DNA from: Raillietiella orientalis
Taxonomy: Eukaryota
Reading direction: 5' to 3'
Assembly (NCBI GenBank): GCA_036172245.1
Contig: JAYWIR010000007.1
Coordinates: 3,348,001-3,412,000 of the forward strand
DNA length: 64,000 nucleotides
This document shows, piece after piece, positions 60,001-64,000 of this stretch (within the stretch, counting starts at the first letter, position 1; each line of letters starts with the position of its first letter). The notes beneath the pieces are model-generated. The model was given only the letters and a program-made list of their open reading frames with translations. It was not told the DNA's origin and ran no database searches. The position numbers and the translations under genes are program-made.

Positions 60001-62329
60001 CCTAGCGACAGAACAACCCGAGGAGGGAGTATGAGACCACTCGCCCCACCAGGGAGCAACGCAACGTTTGCCCCCGCGCTCCGCGAGAAGAGAGCAAAGG
60101 AAAAGGGGGACTGGATGTCATCGCAGGACACATGCGAACTCACCGTCCGTAAGGTGTGGGGTCCTTCGCCTGGCGCTCACGCACGCGAGGCAGCTGATCT
60201 GATGCTCGTCTTCGATTGCCATCTCTTCCCTTTCCTTTTCCTCCCTCCCGCGAGTCGACGGTCTGCCGATCCACGTAGTTTGCGCTCCGCTGGTCTTGGA
60301 AGTGGCGGTCACGGGCAGGCCGCTGTGGGGGCAGTACGCGAAGCAACGGAGAGCAAGCACAACACCTCCTCACGAACCGTGATTTCACCTTCTCCCCTTC
60401 CCCCTCCCTCAACCGAAGAAGGAAGAAAGAAATCGACACAGTGAGCAGAGCCAGGGTAAGCCGGCAACCTGAAGTGGCGACAACGGGAGCGGCAGCGACC
60501 AGGGATAGAGAGAGAAAGAGAGAGAAGCGTACGCAGATGGGACGATGATGCCCTTTGAGCTGCTGCTCGGGTTTTCTCCACAGGGTCGCCTGCCGCGCGC
60601 GGGCGTCTCCAGGCGTGACGGTCATTTCCTCCACCTTCGCCAACCTTGCAGTCAGTGGCATGCAAGGCGCGGTCGCGGTATGCAGCCGGACGACCCCCTC
60701 CGGTGCGCATGCCAGTGGCATCCCGCCGGCTGCGTCAACGGCGTGCAAAGTGCGCGTCGTCTCGTCGGAAGGAGGCGCAGAAGGCGACCACCATCGAAGT
60801 CTCTTTTTTGGCTCTCACCTTGCAGCTGGCAACAGCGAGGAGATCGCCAATCGGAGCGCAAATTTCCTTGTCTTATCACGGCTAACCCACCCACAACACG
60901 GTAGCTTCACGTCGCGTTTGCATTCTCCTGCAGGCTCATCAGCGAAACTGCAAGAATCCTCGAGATGAGTGATGTTTTCCGGAGCTCATCAGCGGCCCAA
61001 TTTTTTTTCCCGCTCATTGGTTACGCTCCGTCGATGCCGCTTCCCATTGCGCACTCTTTGGCGCTGAGGCGACGGCAGACTTTGTCGTGAGGATGCAGCA
61101 AACCGTAAAAGTTTGCTTCAGAGCTTGTCTCAATCGGCAGCACACCGATTCTGGGAGGAAGAATTTCGCCCGGCTGATCGCTGCTCGTTTCCAACGGCGA
61201 CACTATCGCGCCGCATTAAAGTCCTGCTTTCGAAATGTCGCTTATCAAGAAATGCCAAACTACGCTTGCTCCTAAATTTAGACTGGCCGATGAAACTCAT
61301 TTAAATATCATTTAAACATAAGGTGAATAATACATTGCTCTTGAAGAAACCTCAAAAGTTTTAAAAAAACGAAAATGCAGTACGGAGAAATGGAGTAAGC
61401 GATTTACGGGCATGCAGAGTACAATTGTCAAGAAGTGAATTATGATGAAATGCGGTCTATAATGCTTGATTCAATTTTCACTTTCTGTTCCAATTACCAA
61501 TCTCCTATCCTTCGTCATTACTTTGGTCCGTTGGGCAGACAGCTCTTAAACATTTCCTAACGAAGTTTGGACAAGATGTAAGAGCTGTTTTTGCTGTCGA
61601 ACCTTTTCCGCTTGTGTTTCAAAATGTCAAAGCCAGGAAAGAAAGGTAAAGGAAAGGAAAAACAACTGCGGACTTGGGGAAGCAGCCAGCCAGCCGTGCA
61701 GCTGATGTGGTCGTCAAGTGTTCCCGCGAGCGGGATACCTCTTTCCATGTAGGCCATCCTAGGGTTCCGAGCCCGACGTGCTGGAAAAAGCAGCTCCATG
61801 GTGCGGCTTCGGGTGCTGAGATTTTGCAAGTGCCGTCGAACGTGGAGTTCTGGTCCTGCATGCAGTGCAACGCCCAAAACAGTTGAGGCAGTCGGGCACA
61901 CTTTCGGACGGTTCCCGTTCCGGTAGCCGTAAGGAGGCGGTGGAACGCTGCTGGCATCGCTGTCCAGCGCTCCAAGTCAGGGAACGCGTGCGCAGTTGGC
62001 AAGCTGACGAGAGAGGAAGTGGGCCTCTTGCCTGCGCTTCCGATGATGACCCTCCTCGCCTGTCTTGTCCGCTTGGTGCGCCGCGCGCCCGGCGTTCCTC
62101 TGGTACGCATCTTGTGCCCGTCCGAAAAAGCAGTTCAACTGTAGCTCCAATATAAGTAAATAAAATAGAATAAGTAAAAAAAAAAACAGACGTTTCTAGA
62201 AGCGCCTGGTGTCTGTGTTGCGTTGTTTGTCGGGTACGCCGTTTTCTGTTTTTCGTTCGTCTGCCTGCAGGGTTTTTTTTTTTTTTGGATGGCGAGTGTA
62301 CGCCTGAGGGAAGGAACTCCACGACGAGG

Positions 62330-63150
62330 TGGTCGCCGTGGAGTTCGTGCCTCAGGGCACGCGTTCCCGTCAACCCAACTCCGTCGTTGGGCTGACATGC
62401 GAATTGTGCCCGCGAACCGGAGGAGTGCACGCATCTCGGGGGCGTTCCCGTTTTCTCCAGCGTCGGTCCGTTCTCGCTCGCGTCTCGCTGCCGCCTCCCC
62501 TCCATCTTACGAACTTCTCCGCGGCAGCGTTGAGAGGGTGCCCGCAGGGCACCCTACCCTCATCGCCTCCTCCACGGTGGCAAGATGGCGGTGGCGAGCA
62601 CACTGCTCGACGATGCCGCGAGGCGCCTGCCGTCGGGGGAACTCTTCGGAGGGGGGGAGGGTTGCGGGCGCTCCTGACTTTTTCGAGGCGGCGGCTTGTT
62701 GTCGTCTCCGCCGTGGTCACGTGGCTCTCTTCCCGTGATGGGGCTCCCTTGGCTGGAAGGAGGGCTTCTGCGGCGTGGAATCGGCGGCCCTGCCGACGAC
62801 GGAGCCAAGAGGGGAGCGGAGCAGAGGACCGGCCGCCAAAGCGAGTCCGACGGGAATGTGCGGCGAGGTCACGCCGGGCTTGCTTGCTGCGCGTGCGTCT
62901 TGGAGAAGGATCAGGAGGCGGCGACGCGGAAAGACGTCCTTGGCGGGGGATTGAGGAAGGAGGAGGGCCGCTGGGAAACTGCGTGCAGCGGCAGCAGATC
63001 GAGATGAAGAAGGACGGAGGAGGCAACGTCCGGGGATGCCACACGGCCTCTGCAGTCGCACCTGGAAGAGGTCCGGCAGGTGTGCGAGCGTCTGAGCAAC
63101 CGCGGGAGAGCCGAATCCACGGAAGGGAGGAGAGGCGCCGCTATTTCGCG
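62330..63150 (+). mobile_element. Possible decayed Ty3/gypsy pol (RNase H to integrase zinc-binding region)
   Basis: In order across frameshifts: NCAREPEEC (NY...EKE-like), IASSTVARW (RxxRW-like), APDF-SR (ADxLSR-like), ESDGNVRRGHAG (H...GH.G-like) and PWRGIEE...NCVQRQQ. Confidence 0.35.
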
Positions 63151-64000
63151 TCTGCGCGAGGGAGGTGCTGCTGTTCTGAGTCTCCCCGCACGGACCGAAG
63201 GCTCGCAGAGGAGGAGGAGGAGGTGTGGGGTGAAGGCATCTATCCTTCCGGTGAGGACCTCCGGAAAAGGCGCCGTCTCGCGGGCGCGCGTGCCCGGAAG
63301 GTCTCGGCCCTCTAGACCCTTCCGACTAAAGAAAGAAAGTTCGGAGGAAGGAAGGAAATCTGCCGAGATCCTCCCTCGCCCCTCCTCTGCAAGGAAGAAA
63401 AGTCAGTTCTATCCTCGTCCTCGGGTCAGTTCCTTTATCGTCGGGGAGCGCGAGCGGGATGGGGAGGGACGCAGAGCCGAAAAGAAGGAAAGGGGCGCCT
63501 CCGCAAGGTGGATGGGCGGGGTGGAGGAGATCCCAACGGGTTCCCCTCCCTTCCTCCTTTCGGCACACCTAGGCGTGCGGAGACCCCACAGGGCGCGTCA
63601 AGGTGGTCTTCGTACCGCTGCGCGTGCCATCTGCCTTTCGGAGAGGAGAGGAGGAAGGAACAGCTCCGCTTCCCTTACCCCTTCCGTGCTTCCCCGTCGT
63701 GGCGACCTGGGAATGTGGGGCGAATCGGCGAATCCTCTCCGTCTCCTCCCGACCGCTTACGTGCAGGCACCAATGGAACCTCCAGCTCCCCCTTCTACTC
63801 CCCCCACGGACGGATAGACGGGGTCGAGCAGTCTTTTTTTTTTTTTTTTTTATTGTTTCCGTCCCCTCCCCCCCACTCGCTTCCCCCTCCCCCTCCATCC
63901 TCCTCCCGTCCAACCCCTTCCCGGTGAGATTCTTCCGCCGTCACCGCTGCCGCCACACCCCTCGCTCCCCGCCTGCTGGCGCTGCTCCTCGTCCGTTCGC

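Noticed and set aside
62329..63817. Long overlapping Arg/Gly/Pro-rich ORFs on both strands
   Set aside because: Expected in very GC-rich DNA, with no coherent domain. At most a decayed gypsy remnant.

Overview
Eukaryotic genomic DNA, most likely from an arthropod (the eIF1 N-terminus MSIQNLNTFDPFAD is arthropod-like; many introns are only 42-86 nt). It has two compositional regimes. (1) About 1-48 kb and 59.3-64 kb are GC-rich and full of decayed transposons: many diverged Tx1/L1-like non-LTR 3' ends sharing a long structured 3' UTR, an internally deleted mariner, an RLE-type (NeSL/Utopia-like) fragment, and weaker Tc1, gypsy, DIRS and pogo-like remnants. This part also holds a five-exon LRRC63-like gene (19179-32337, +) and a tandem minus-strand cluster of three paralogous genes (38006-39103, 40798-41681, 45344-46192). 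The three encode secreted 170-189 aa proteins with a shared eight-cysteine skeleton that I cannot assign to a known family; this is the most interesting find, and the ORF track shows it only as unconnected fragments. (2) About 48.0-59.3 kb is AT-rich and compact, with eIF1 (+), MCRS1 (-), an NT5C3-type 5'-nucleotidase (-) and a second RLE-type retrotransposon fragment bracketed by inverted repeats. All gene models were spliced by hand, and TE boundaries are approximate. No database searches were run.
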